Notes: a model not told the origin generated them from the sequence alone. 64,000 nucleotides of DNA from Octopus bimaculoides (GCF_001194135.2 NC_069000.1:8533532-8597531); one strand, 5' to 3'; numbered from the stretch's first letter, positions 1-13,355 are shown. Numbers and translations are program-made.

Positions 1-884
1 TGGTTTCAAGGCAGGTAGCATATCGCGTTTAAGGGTCTTCAAAATTTGTTGGTAAGGTAGGATTGTATTAACACTATTAACACTAAGACAACTGGGCAAA
101 GAAATTCACTAGGAGCCCCTACACACAAAACCACAGCATGCTCAGTTTAACTGGATCCTTACACCTGTAGGCCTTCGGGCAACTGCCCAGTGTGCCCATA
201 CACTTTCAGTATGTTAGGTTTGATAATTTAAGAAGATATCTAAGAGGATTCTTATCTTTAAGAATCAGAATTTTAAATGAAATGTTTACAAAGCCTTCGA
301 GGCGAGGCTCGATAAAATACAACGCCAGTCTAAGTCGACTGACTGGCGGAATTTGTGACAGCGACGGACGAGAAATCGTCTGGTATTCGTTCTCCGGTTC
401 TTTGTATTCTGAGATCTCGGATGTTTAACAGAGCTCAGCTCGTCTGTTTTTAACGCCACCATCATCAGGTCATCGGGTGCTTTTAGCAGAAATCGGACCA
501 AGTTCCTGGTCTGAAGATACCGTGCTCACTTCGACTAGTTTAAGAAATCCATTAAAAAAAAGATGGGAGACGAGGGATTTTTGAACTCTGGTTTTCCCTC
601 GTTAATAAATCAAATAAATAAGATAATAAAATAAAGTCACTAACGCTACCCAAAACGGGTGGCAACACTGTTTATATAGATAAATTATCTTATAGTAACT
701 GGTTTGTCCTTTTACATTCTGAGTTCAAATCCAGCCTAAGTAGACACTGTTTTTTTTTGGGGGGGGGGGGTTCTTATCGTTCCAGGGATGGATAAAATAA
801 AATTACCAGTGAATAAATGGGGTTGACTGATTTCATCGAATTTCTAGCGTCATACCGAAATTAGATATCATTATTATTGATTTT

Positions 885-1290
885 AGGCGGCGAGCTGGCA
901 GAAACGTTAACACACCGGGCGAAACGCTTAGAGGTATTTCGTCTGCCGTTACGTTCTGAGTTCAAATACTGCCGCCGAAGACGACTTTACCTTTCATCCT
1001 TTCGGGGTCGATAAACCAGGTTCCAGTTGTGTACTGGGGTCGATGTAATCGACTATCCCCTCCCCCAAATTCCAGGCCTTGTGGCTATAGTAAAGAGGAT
1101 CATTATTATTAGGCGACCTTTCATACGTCTTTACATTCTGAGTTCAAATGCCGCCGAGGACGGCTTTTCCTTTCATCCTTTCGAGGTCGATTGAAATAAG
1201 TACATGTTGAGTACTGGAGTCGATGTAATCGACCACCCCACTCTCCGAACTTGCTGGCCTTGTGCCTAAATTTGAAATCCTTATTAATAT
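885..1290 (+). mobile_element. Two head-to-tail copies of SINE family B (tRNA-like head plus conserved core), the second 5'-truncated
   Basis: Head ggcggcgagctggcagaaacgttaac (A-box-like), B-box-like gagttcaaat, core ctttcatcctttcggggtcgataaa, and tail gccttgtg...attattatt. The same motifs recur more than 10 times in the window. Confidence 0.85.
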
Positions 1291-2100
1291 TATTGATAAT
1301 AGTTCAATCACTAATACATTGCATTTCTCACGGCGAGAATGACAAACAGTGTTTAAATTCAGCACAAATATTTCTCAAGAGACTTCTTTCGTAAAGCACC
1401 GGTTTATTTGTTTTTTTTTCTCATCGATGTTTAATATCCTTTGCCAGTAAACATCAGTGAAAGATATATAAAAGTATGTGTGTGTGTGCGTGCGTGTAAC
1501 ACATACCTGACGAGCTTCCACAATTTCTGTCTAGCAAATTTCATTCAAAAGCCTAACCGAGGTCCAGATAGAACATGGCATAAAGCATTTGCCCAAAGTG
1601 CCGAGCGGTGAGATCGAACCTACAGCCAAAGTGTTGCGAAGTGAACTTCTTAACCACACACAAATGTTGGAAGGGGCTATAAAGAAACAATATACTGGAA
1701 TCTCCGAACGTCTACAAAAACTCGAATGTAACGGTTTATTGTTTATAAAATATGAAGTTTAATTAGTCATAATAATTAAAGACTTCCTCACTGCTTCATA
1801 AATTATTATTTACATTTCATGCGCGGAATCCTAAGGAGTGTCTCTTTTATGTTTACATAATATACCATATAACAATAATGAATTCAGTTTAATCCTAACA
1901 GTCACTTATGTAAAACGATGATAAAATTCTGAGGTGTGCTGTTTTATGTCTATGAAATATATCATAAAAAAGGTTATTCAATTCAGTTAATCTGGGTATA
2001 AATTTCGATAAAATGACGATTTATTAGTAAATAGAGTGCAGCTGCTTGACAGCAAAGGAACTACCTCTGAACAGAAGTAGCACCTTGCCAAGGATAGTTA

Positions 2101-2188
2101 GGTGGACAGTTATCATCGGTCCTTATTCACTTGATGGCTCCTCGCGTCACACGCCAGTACCCCACTTCAGCTGGTGGGCTAAACCAAG
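2101..2188 (+). ncRNA. Candidate degenerate HDV-like ribozyme fold, probably a retrotransposon 5' UTR relic
   Basis: In the correct order: P2 cttgat(2130-2135)/accaag(2183-2188) 5 of 6 bp; P3 ggc/gtc; L3 tcctcgc (2139-2145); P4 cccac/gtggg; J4/2 ctaa (2179-2182). P1 forms only as ggtggac/gtc(a)cac, which overlaps P3, and the P1.1 GG is absent. Confidence 0.45.
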
Positions 2189-2324
2189 CACCAGTAGGCG
2201 GAAGATTCAGGTAAGGCTTCCCAAGCAGCCACCGGCTAGGGCGGAAGACCTTGCTCAGCTCAACGGTCTTGTGTTCGGGGCCAAGCCGTGTCTCGGGTAG
2301 AGGCATACAGCCGTGGTTAACAGC

Positions 2325-2600
2325 CTGACGAAATACCGGTAAGTATTTCGCTCGGCGTGTTAACGGTTCTGCCAGCTCGTCGCTTTAGTAGTAATGGTTT
2401 CAAATTTAACCACAAGGGCAGCAGTTTTTAGGAAGAGGGAATGAGTCGAGTACATCCACCACAGTGTTTCACTGGTACTTAATCTATCGACCCCGAAAGG
2501 ATGAAAGCCAAAGTCGACCTCGGCGGAATTTGAACTCGGAGCGTAGCGACGGACGAAATGCCGCTAAGCATTTTGCCCGGCGTGCTAACGATTCTGCCAA
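2325..2600 (-). mobile_element. SINE family B fragments
   Basis: Reverse-complement core cgaccccgaaaggatgaaagccaaagtcgacctcggcggaatttgaactc and head gctaacgattctgcc. Confidence 0.85.
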
Positions 2601-3044
2601 TTATAAAACCAAATAGAGTCGTTTAGTTTCTTATATTAAACCTAAAACTCCTCAAAGTTATATAACTCAAAATCTTCACCAACCCGGTCCTCAGTTACAA
2701 AATGTGTGCACGTGCGCGCGTGAGGATGGGTGCACGAGTGTGCGCGCGCGTATGTATGTGTGTGTGTATATATATATACGTAGCGTNNNNNNNNNNNNNN
2801 NNNNNNNNNNNNNNNNNNNNNNNNNNNNNNNNNNNNNNNNNNNNNNNNNNNNNNNNNNNNNNNNNNNNNNNNNNNNNNNNNNNNNNNNNNGTTAGAAAAA
2901 ACTGTCCGATGAACGGGAACGTGAAACTCAGAGTAACGGTTTTTTTGTTATATTTCTGCTGCTTTTAAATAAAGCATATTACTCTACCTCTGGTATTTGA
3001 GTACTCTTTTTTCCACCTTGTTGCACATTGCATGTGCTTACTCC

Positions 3045-3079
<35 letters not shown>

Positions 3080-6002
3080 TCATATGTATATAAATATGAA
3101 TGCATATATACATATATGCAGAGATACATAAATACAGTGTATGCATATGTGCTCTGTGTTCGTGTGCAACTATGACAATGTGTTTGTGCATATGCACGTT
3201 TATGCATGCGTGCACACAACTGCATATAGACATGCATGCATGCACGTGCATAATGCACCTATGTTGTGTGCTCGCATGTACCTGTGGCAATGTATATATA
3301 CACGAGTGTGCGTGTGCATGTATGTGTGAGTGTGTGTATGTGTGTGAGCATGAGTGTGCGTGTACTTGGCTCATGTGCAAGCTTGTTTGTGTACCGATTC
3401 GAGTGACCTGGAGAGAAAAATTAATGTATATAGGGGAGGGGAGGTTGGGAAATGAGGAAAACAAGTCATACATACTATATATAAATGAGAGAGAAATAAA
3501 GAAAGAAACTGAAGGAGAGAGAGAGAGAAAGAAAAGAAGGCAAATGATAGTCACAGTATAGACGAAAGACAGAGGGAGGGAGAGGGGAAAAGAGAGAGAG
3601 AGAGAGAGACGGAAAAGAATATGAGAAAGAGTGAGGGAGGAAAGAGAGAATAATACGAGAAGGAATAAAAGGGAGGAGGAGGAGGAACAGGAGAGAGAAA
3701 AAGTTCATCAAAAGTATTTTCCTCCTCCTCCTCCTCTTCTTATGCTTGTAGAAGAAAAATATATTTCCATATTTAGGTCAGTGTTTTCGGGTGGAGGAGG
3801 GTGGATGGCAGAAAGGTTGGGGTACCTCAAAAGATACTCGTTGGCTACTGGTTGTGATGATAGCTGTTCAAGTAGAGGCGGTGGTAGTGTTGTTGGTGGT
3901 GGTTCTAGTAGGAGTGGTGGTGCTGTTAGAGATGTAGCTGTGGTGGCTGTGGTGTGTTATTAGTGATGAGGTGATGGTAGTAGTGCTACTAAACGTAGTT
4001 CGTAGTGGTGTTTCTGGTGGTACTGCTAGTGTGGTGGTGGTGGTTAGAGGGTTAGTGTTCGTTGTTTAACTCTAGGTTAACCTTGATCAGTCAGACGTGT
4101 ATACCCATCACCTAAGTTAGTCTCTGTGCATGTGGGACTACATCTTGCAATATGTGCTTCTTGTTTTTCTTTTTCTTTTTTGTTCCTGTAACGTAGGGTG
4201 TGGTTTGAGGAAGATTAAAGCTACTATTTCTAACAAATCCAAAGACAACGTAGAGACTTCCTTAGCAGGGTGGTGGTGGTTAGGGCAGTGATACGAACAT
4301 TGTTGTTCGTACTGCTGTTTCGCTCCAGATCAGCTACGACAGAGCAGCCTATAACCAAAATCATTCCAGTCATGACTATCCAGTCATATTTTTTTAAAGA
4401 CATCATTTATTCAAAACTATATTATCGAACGTATTTATCCATTTGTTTGAAGACGGTAGGAATTGGTTTGACGGTTGTTTGGCTGTCATTTCTAACAAGC
4501 TGAGCGACCATCTCAGATGCTCCTTCGTTAGTTCGAGTGAAAGCAGTGTTTGTGTTTACAGGTGTTAATGATAATGAAGGAGCGGGTGTTAGTGCAGTCT
4601 TTGAAAGAGACATGGGTGCTACTAGTTAATGGTGGTGGTGGTGTGTTAACATTGTGGAGATAGTATTGGTAGTAGTAGTAGTAGTGGTAATATTAGCAGT
4701 GGTTGTTGTCGTTGCAGTTGTGAAGCAGAAACCAGTTCTAATCAAATTATTCTAGTCATAACCATCACGTGTTCCTTGTAGCATACAAGGGGACTGGACC
4801 ATGCACGGGCAAACTACCACCCGCAAGGCTTTCTGATTGGCACACCTAACGAAATATTTCAAGATAGTAGTGCCTGTTTCCAGAGCGGTTTTGGTTACTA
4901 TTTCTAGCATGACGAGCGGCTACACAGATGCTCTTTCTCTCCCCCTCTCTCTCTCTCGTTGGCTCGGGTGATAACAAAGATGGTGGAAATACGACGAGGT
5001 ATGATAAATAGTAGTAGTAGCGCTAGTGTTAGTGGTTGAAGGTGAAGTAGTTGTGGAGTTAGTAATACAGAAATAGCGAGTGGTATTATTTGGCGTTGGC
5101 AGTGCAGAGCGGTGGAGGTGGCGGTAGGGGTGGGGGGGGCCAGAGTGCGTGTGAATAGCTGGGCAAGTAGGTCGAAAGGCGGGTAGATACGTGAAGTCGC
5201 CTGGTGTTGATGGATGACGCTTCGTGAGTGCGTGCGCGAGCGATTAAACCCTGAAGCTCACATAGAAATAATAAACATTCACGCGCACGCGCGCGCACTC
5301 ACACAAGGAGAGAGATTAAGAGGAAAATACGCAGGGGCGCCAGCTGGATGGAAACTCAATAGGCAAGGGTGTGCGCTAGTATACTTGCTAGATGTTAGTA
5401 AGAGGTTTCGAATAATTAAAATTATTAAAATTCAGACGTACTGACAGTAAGACGTTCTTTGAGGGAGATTTGGTTGCTATATCCAGCGAGTTGAGCGATC
5501 ACGTAAAGAAACACAATATAGTAGTAGTAAAATGATTTGACACAAAAAAACTGCCGGCAGACCATGCATGACTATCTTCTTCGATAGTCAGTCAGTCGAT
5601 GATGGCTCATTGGTCGTCGCTTCAAACTTTGCCATACCCTAAATAAACCAGAGAGCCCCTACGTGCCGCTTGACATGCTAGAAATGACAGCAAAAACCTT
5701 CCTCGTAATGAATAAAGACGTATTAGACGATGCTGCCTTAAAATAAGAATAATAATAAGGCGAGATAGTCATGGCTGAAAATGAATGCTTTTTGATCAGT
5801 GAGTTCTCTTTAATCAAGGCTGAGCTGGGGCTAAATGAGAACGATAGCCGAACAATGTCTTCGGCAAATCACTGTCGTACGACCTTGTTCTCGTAAAATG
5901 AAAGAAAAAGTAAAGATAAAAAAACATTTAAAAAGCCTCGACAATGTTTTCAGTAAACGGGAGGTACTCTAAGGGAAGAATACGACTAGGTCGCTGGGTA
6001 CG

Positions 6003-6180
6003 GTAGAAATAACAGCCAAACTTCCTTCACATCATATCATAGCTACCGCCTTACAGGAAAGAGATAGGGACACATTAGAGATAATGTGGTCCTGGATGCA
6101 CTATGGGAAGGTCACAACTGGAACGGTTTTGTCGACAGATATGTTCAACCAGAGCTGACTTGATGCGAAACATCAACAAC
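6003..6180 (+). mobile_element. Short interspersed repeat family F (tagaaatagcagccaaa ... (AAC)n tail)
   Basis: tagaaataacagccaaac...ggacacattagagataatgtggtcctgga...ggtcacaactggaacg...aaacatcaacaac. Related pieces lie near 4190-4530, 7005-7180, 8720, 12470-12670, 28770, 44940-45080, 45935-46113 and 51400-51770. Confidence 0.7.
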
Positions 6181-7833
6181 ATGAGTGGACTTGGGGAATT
6201 CGTGTTCATTTCTTAAGCAGCTTCCCTTTTTCGTATGCTTCTCCCACACCCGGCTCCAGCCATACTGTCAAGCTAGCAACTCCGGGATCGATCTCACTGC
6301 GCAGCACCTCGAACCTTTGACTCTTTACCACGAGCCGAGCGAAACTGTACTCATTCTTGAACGGTCATTCTTAGATTCGTCGTCTATTTCACCTCTACGA
6401 CCCCTTTTCCAGGCAAAGCAATGCACTAGTGTCCCTTCAATACTCGACCCCAGTATACGTAGATAAGTGTATCCACTTCCACAACAGCTAGCACCCAGCT
6501 TTCATATGGGTGCCTTCAACGGAGTCCACTGTGTTGCAAGTATTTTGACCAAGTTCCCGGTTTGAGGATAAATTTGATAAGTTGGATCGCCGTTTTTTTA
6601 CCGCAACAACCTATGGAGTTGTTGTTTCTCTATACCCTTCACGAGCCTCACCCATTTCGGAGGCCCTGGCAAATAAAGGTCAAGGTTACAGATCATTGCC
6701 CTTTCTCTTCCCTCGAAGCTTTAAAAACATACAAAGCAGACGAGAGAGAGGTGGGAAAGGAACGAGACTATTTTGAAACATAGATAATGTAGACTACTAC
6801 TTCTAACAGAAGAGAAATGGAAGGAAGTAAACAAAAGAACGGTTCAACGTAAGGCATAGAGGAGCAACAGTCATTAGCTTGGTGGTTGCTTTAGCTTCAA
6901 GTTGGCCCTGATCAAGCATACATATAAACAAAAGCATTCTAATCGAAACCGTCCCATATATTAACGAATATATGCGATTATATATTGTCATTTTATTTTC
7001 TGTTTGAGACGGTAGGGTGTTTGATTTCAGGATAATTTGACTACTATTTCTGACAGGTAGTTCAACTACGCAGAAGCTACCACAAAAGCTCATATAATAG
7101 TTTGTTGTTTAGTACGAGGTCAACGATGATCGAACAGACGTATGATCAGAGGCGTTCCAGCTGTGACCATCTCGGATTAAGGACTATTATTATTATGTGT
7201 TCTTCTTTTGTCTCTTTAAGACGGCAAGATGTGTAGTTTGAGTGAAGGAGAGATAGAGGGGGGGATTATTGCTGGTGTTTCTTGCATTGCTACGCCATTT
7301 CTTTAGTGCGCAGTAGAATACGCCGAGGAAAAGAGAGGTGGCTGCGAGAAGGAACTGTGCAGAAAGGGAAGGAAAGTGTGTGTGTGTGTGTGATGAAATA
7401 CGAAAAGAAGGGTTAAAAATATGCGAAGTAGAAAGCAACAAGCACCGGGCGGCTAGGAAAGACGGGCTGGCTGCTTAGTCGGTTGGCAAAACGAAAACAG
7501 CTGATCAGGATTTAAGGTACTGAGATGATGTTTGAAGCGAGGCCAACTGACAGATCCAAATCTGCCGGTGACCACCATCACCACCACTACGCACAACACC
7601 TGTCGCATTCTCCGAGCCTGTGTGTGTTTGTGTGTGGGGGGGGGGAGAGAGAGAGGAAGGATTATTTATGTGTGTCGCTTGAACTAACGCAAGAAAGGCG
7701 ATTTAACTACTCGGAGTAGCGACGGAGTGGACTCGCCAGTTTTGAACGAACCAATAATATACTTTAGTGCATGTGTTGAATACTAGTATATCTCCATTTT
7801 GTAATATATACAGACACACAGATATACATATAT

Positions 7834-7893
<60 letters not shown>

Positions 7894-9289
7894 GTGGGGA
7901 GAGATAAATTCTGTTTTGGGTAGTATTGTGTGATTGCGTGTAAATAGAATGTGTTATATACTGATTACATATAATTAAGTGTATATATATATGTATATAT
8001 ATAATGCATTTATTTAATATGTACATAGCTAATACTACCTGTAACAATCTCTCTCTCTATCTCTCTCTCTCACACACACACACACACACTTCTGCTGTCT
8101 GTTCCTGTTTTTGACAGAATACAAAACACCTTACAGCTTCATAGAAGAAAATACAATGCAACACTGTGATGTCCATGCCTTCCTCTCAGGCACTAAGCCA
8201 CGTAAATTAAAAAAATATAATTAAAAAAAGAGTTGCCGGTAGCTTATTTCACGCTCCACAGCACTCGCCAAGTGTTACATAACAAATATTTATTTCTCTT
8301 GAATGTGAAACCAGGTCAAATTTCGTAAAAGAGGGAGGACAAAAGAAGAGACGGGTGAGAGGAATGGGGAAAGAGGGTGGAGGGAGTGAGAGGGTGGAGG
8401 GAGTGAGAGGGAGAGATAAGGCGAGAGGAAAGGTGGGTGAAAGAGTGAGGGACAAGGCGGAAGGAAGGGCAGGAGAGATGAAAGGGAGAGGGCGAGATGA
8501 AGAGACAGCGGGAGAGAAAGAGACAGAAAAGGTAAAGAAGGGGAGGGAAATAAGAAAAAACGGTTTAACATCCACACTAACTTTGCTCTGATGAAGAAGC
8601 TTAAAAGCAAGAGGGGATGGACACTTAGTTCGTTGTTCCTATCTCTGCTAAGACAAAACCTCGTCACTCGTCTTGTGACTTGTAAAGCCTTAAGTATACG
8701 TGCCAACGAAGGGGGCTCTATGTGGCCGCTCAATCTGCTAGAAAAAGCAGCCTATCATCTTGAAGATTAAGAAACTCATGTTAGATAAGGTTGTCCTAGA
8801 TTGAGACGTGGTGCTCATATTCGGAATAGTTTTGAGCATCGGTCTGTTCCATAAGAATTTGACAACAGAAACAACCTTAACCTCAGTACACACACACAAG
8901 CGCGCGCATATAAAATATAACATACAAATCTGCATACATACATACATACAAAAATACCCTGTTCCTGTTGAAATTCCAGTGAAGGAGCCTTGGATCTAGA
9001 TTAGAAACCGGCTCTTTCTGTATTGGTAAGAAATCATGAAATAAAACTGAACACACACACACACAGATCTCTTCTAAACCTTGATAACTTGTTTGAATAT
9101 GTTTCGCTGAACTAATAAAGCTAAAATATGTCCGTTACTTTTTACTAGTTGCCTTTAAAGTCAAGCTTTATTTCCACCACCATCTCCAACCATCGGTTGT
9201 CAGCTATTACTGGAGTTATCTACCCTGCTTTATAGATGCTAAGCATCCCTTTTATTATCTTTAATATCTTTATTTTCTGTCAGGTCGCT

Positions 9290-9810
9290 AACGAGTGCTA
9301 ATGGCAACGCACTGCATAGTCGGGTCGTTGGTGGCTAAACCAGCACCCTACTCCTTACTATGCTAGCCTAGTGATGAGGGGTGTCACAGACACAGCCAGG
9401 TCAAAACAATACCTGTCAGAAGTATGGATAAAGCCAACACAGAGTCAACGCGTTCCTTGCAATAAGCGCAGTGATTTAAAAATTCCAGATTAGTGTCCAG
9501 CCTGCCAACCCAGTATGAGGTACAGTATGGAGCTTTCGTTAAAGCACGTTTCTCGGAAAAGGTAATATTGCATCAATAGAATAATACACCGCCGGTGTGA
9601 CTTAGCAGGCAACTCAGCGATCGGCAATCTTGGAAGGCAGCTAAACTGAGAGCAGGGCAATTCCGAGCAAAAAGTCTCACTGCCTATGAGTGATTAGGAG
9701 GAGGTGAAAGTTAAGGGAGTTAACTCTAGAAGTAAATCGATTCGGATGCAAACTCGGGGTCCACTAGCGCTAGACATCCTTATTCTGCCTGGAGAGGTAG
9801 CGAGTGACTT
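9290..9810 (+). mobile_element. Probable RTE-type LINE 5' UTR remnant
   Basis: GC-richer island with ggtggctaaaccagcacc (shared with 2174-2192) and ggaaggcagctaaactgagagcagggcaattcc, resembling recalled RTE 5' UTRs. No ORF attached. Confidence 0.35.
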
Positions 9811-10794
9811 AATAGTGCATTAGGGGTGGAGTGTTAAATATTGTGGAATAAACCAAAGAACATATTTAGCAATGTATGCAAGAAGAAAACAAAAAACACA
9901 AGACAATACTGAAATCTTAAAATGAATTAAATATGGAATGCAGTAGAGTGGGAACGATCTGTAGCAATATAATGACAAATTGGGACATACATAACGGGAT
10001 TCATTCAGTTTTCGTTTACCAAATCCAGCCACAAGGTTTTGGTCAGCACGAAGCTATAGCAGAAGACACTCACCCATGTTGCCACACTGTAGAACTGAAC
10101 CCGGAACCATGTAGTTGAGAAGCAAGCTTCTTATCACACAGCTACTCCTGCACACACACACACACACACATGTATATTTAAAATTTGGGTTTAAAAAAAC
10201 CTTTAGTATGCTACGCAAAGCTCATCCACAATTATTGGCTGCCTGGTGTGCTAAAAGGTACTTCATTTTTACCAATCTGCTACTAGTGTTTAAATGTGTC
10301 AAAACAATTATGACTTTAAATTAAGAATGTCGTTCAATCCCTCCTCTTTCATGTATCTATCTACATATATAGCATTCTTCCGGTTTAAGATGATAAAGTG
10401 AAAGTGGAAATATCGACACTATTATCCAGGTCAACATGTGGGACAGGCACCCCACCTTTTCTCATCCTTCCATCCCAGTCCTTAAAGTTTCTTCCGATTC
10501 CCAAGTTTGACTATTTCCCCTCACTCATCCCCCAAATAAGAAGTTTCCAAATTTTCAAACCAACATCATCCCCATCCGAATATTTTTCAGTCTTAACTTT
10601 TTGCAAGATTTTGGGCGGAATTCCATGTTTAAAAATATGGTGATTTCGATTCTTTAAAAAGTACCTTTAATTTTTATTTTTTCTATTGTTCATAATATTA
10701 GCCTAGTGCTAACAATGATTTTCCACTTTCACTTCATGATCATAAAATCCAATACGTTGTTAATATCGCTATGCCTAAGTCATATATATATATA

Positions 10795-11071
10795 TTATTG
10801 TGTCTGGAGAGAGTCATTCTGTTTTAATACCTTATCAATTAACACACTCACCGGTTTGATTTCCACTCGTTTACTTATTCATTTTCTCCAAAATTTTCGT
10901 TGCTTCTTGCAACCTCTTCAATAGTCGTTAGCTCTGATAATGGACAAGTCAACGACAATTGAAGAGGTTGCAAGGAGCAACGAAAATTTTAGAAAAAGAT
11001 GAGTGGAAATTGAACCGGTGAATGTATTAATATGGTATTAAAAACAGAATGACTCACCTCAGACACAATAA
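10795..11071. mobile_element. 277-bp foldback element with hammerhead-like motifs in both arms (possible Penelope-like inverted terminal repeat or MITE)
   Basis: Arms of about 120-135 bp (ttattgtgtctg...gtcgtt / aacgac...cagacacaataa) are near reverse complements around a 21-nt spacer (10930-10950). Confidence 0.8.
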
Positions 11072-11126
11072 AATATGCTTCAGCGCACGAATTCACATAA
11101 AGAATCTTGCAAACCAAATACAAACA

Positions 11127-11179
<53 letters not shown>

Positions 11180-11603
11180 ACGAAGTTTTGTTTTAAGATC
11201 GCTGAGTGAAAGAAATATTAGGCATTACATATCATTAAAATTAAAGTGAACGTTGCCTATTTATCTATATAATGATAAAAAACCAAATGATTCATGATGA
11301 AATGAAGAGGAGGTACTATGATTTATCTCCACAGGTCAAGCTCGAATGTATGAATGTTTCTGTTACTAAAACACTGTTTCTAATTTAGGCCCAAGGTCAG
11401 TAATTTCGGTGGACGAGGTTCTGTTGATTAATTCGTCTTCAGTACTCGGCTACTACTTTATGCTATCGACAGCAGAGGGAGGACAGGCGAGATTGCTCTC
11501 GGCGGGATTTGAATTCAGAAAGAGAGAAGACCGACGGCTCCTAACAGTTTTGCCTATCCATCGCCCTGCTCAACTAAAATATGAAAGCAAAAATACTTAA
11601 TTT

Positions 11604-11821
11604 GGGTACTACTAAAGCAGCACGGTCCCGAGCGCGCGGTCGTGCGTCCGCGCTAGCTAGTCGTGAGTGGTCGATCCTAGCCCTGACCCTGTCCCTAATC
11701 CTAAGCCTGCCCCTAACCCTAACCCGCGTATGCAAATGAATACGTGTTTAGGGTTGGGGTTGGGGTTGGGATCGACCACTCGCGACTGCGCGTTCGGGAC
11801 CGTGCTGCTTTAGTAGTACCC
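11604..11821. mobile_element. MITE with perfect 28-bp TIRs and internal telomere-like repeats
   Basis: gggtactactaaagcagcacggtcccga (11604-11631) / tcgggaccgtgctgctttagtagtaccc (11794-11821). Second internal inverted repeat gagtggtcgatcc/ggatcgaccactc. Degenerate ccctaa arm and (t)tagggttgggg arm. Confidence 0.9.
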
Positions 11822-12974
11822 TTCACTTACATTTAGCAACCATAAAGAGAAGGATCACCACACACACGTGTGTGTGTGCGTGTGCGTGTGTGTGCGTGCG
11901 CGCGCGCGCGAGTGTGCGCAGGTATTAACTCCGGGTTTGCTCATCGTTTCGCTTTTCGCATTTAAACATTCCACTTTTTATACTTTTGATCCACCTTATT
12001 TTAAAGAGTAAATGTTTAAAAGTTATTTCGTTAATTGATTTGTTTCCATTGTTATGTAGAAATATTTTCCTAAAAATAAAGGTGGCTGGGGTGACATTTT
12101 AAGTATGCAAAAATGTCAAACAAAAAAAAAAGAACAAATGTGAAAAAAAAAAGTAAAAAGTAAAAAGCGGAAGTGCTAAAAAGCGAAATTGTTCAATGTC
12201 AAAAGAGAAAAAGAAAATAAAAAAAACGAATCCGGATTAGAACCGAAACGTCGCCAACAACCGCTACTATAAGCCAAGACTAAAATTAATACAGCAACAG
12301 TTGTGGTGGCAGAGGTGGTTATGGTAACATTAGTTATAGCACTGAATACAGGCGATGCCTTTGACTATGGACACGATTTGAACACGAAACAACTAAATAC
12401 TGTTATGAGAAAAGGCATTGGCAGTAACAGCAGTAGCCATATGTGGTTGTTGAGGTTTAACCAGAAGTCTGTATTGATAAAGACCACATACGAAGCTGAC
12501 AGTATTCCAGCCGTGACCATTTCATCTCACTCTCTTTTTATTTCTTTCTTTATTTTTTCGAACACAGTTTATTTAGTATAGCATTGACTAAGTGTTGGTT
12601 TTCGTTGAAGACTGCAAGATGCGGTGGTTTGAGGGACATTTGACTGCTATTTCTAGCAAGCAGGCTAGCCACCCACCCCCCATACAAAGAGGCGTATCTC
12701 GTTGGATTGGTGGCGCTGTGGCAGTTGGCAGTTGCGTTAGTTAAACGGAGACTCAGCAGCAGTAGCAGTGGTGACGGCAGGTTAGACTGCATATAAACAG
12801 CTGTGACTTGTTTACTATAAACACAAAGGAAGTTTGGAGTCGAAACCAACGCACACGCAAACAAACAAACAAACAAACAAACAAAGCGCGCGCGAGCGTG
12901 GATATGCAGACTGAGACACCCAAAGAAGTGACAGGAAAAGAGAGAGAACATAAAGAAATGGCTATGCACACCTA

Positions 12975-13192
12975 GGCGAGCTGGCAGAAACGTTAGCACA
13001 CCGGGCGAAATGCTTAGCGGTGTTTCGTCTGCCGCTACGTTCTGAGTTCAAATTCCGCCGAGGTCGACTTTGCCTTTCATCCTTTCGGGGTCGATTAAAT
13101 AAGTACCAGTTACACACTGAGGTCGATATAATCGACTTAATCCGTTTGTCTGTCCCCTCTGTGTGTAGCCCCTTGTGGGTAGTAAAGAAATA
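12975..13192 (+). mobile_element. Near full-length SINE family B, long-tail subfamily, with 7-bp TSD
   Basis: Head ggcgagctggcagaaacgttagcac to tail ccccttgtgggtagtaaagaaata, flanked by acaccta at 12968-12974 and 13193-13199. Confidence 0.9.
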
Positions 13193-13326
13193 ACACCTAC
13201 TGTGAATAGTGTGTGCACGTGTGTGTGTGTGTGTAATGATAATAATAATAATAATATATNNNNNNNNNNNNNNNNNNNNNNNNNNNNNNNNNNNNNNNNN
13301 NNNNNNNNNNNNNNNNNNNNNNNNNN

Positions 13327-13355
<29 letters not shown>

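Noticed and set aside
6185-6700. Possible L1/Tx1 coding relic on the minus strand
   Set aside because: Only a faint EGTLVHCF resemblance amid many stops. Not enough to call.
9300-9345. Second HDV-like ribozyme
   Set aside because: Only a P4-like hairpin and GGCUAAACCAG are present. No L3, P3 or P2 5' strand upstream.
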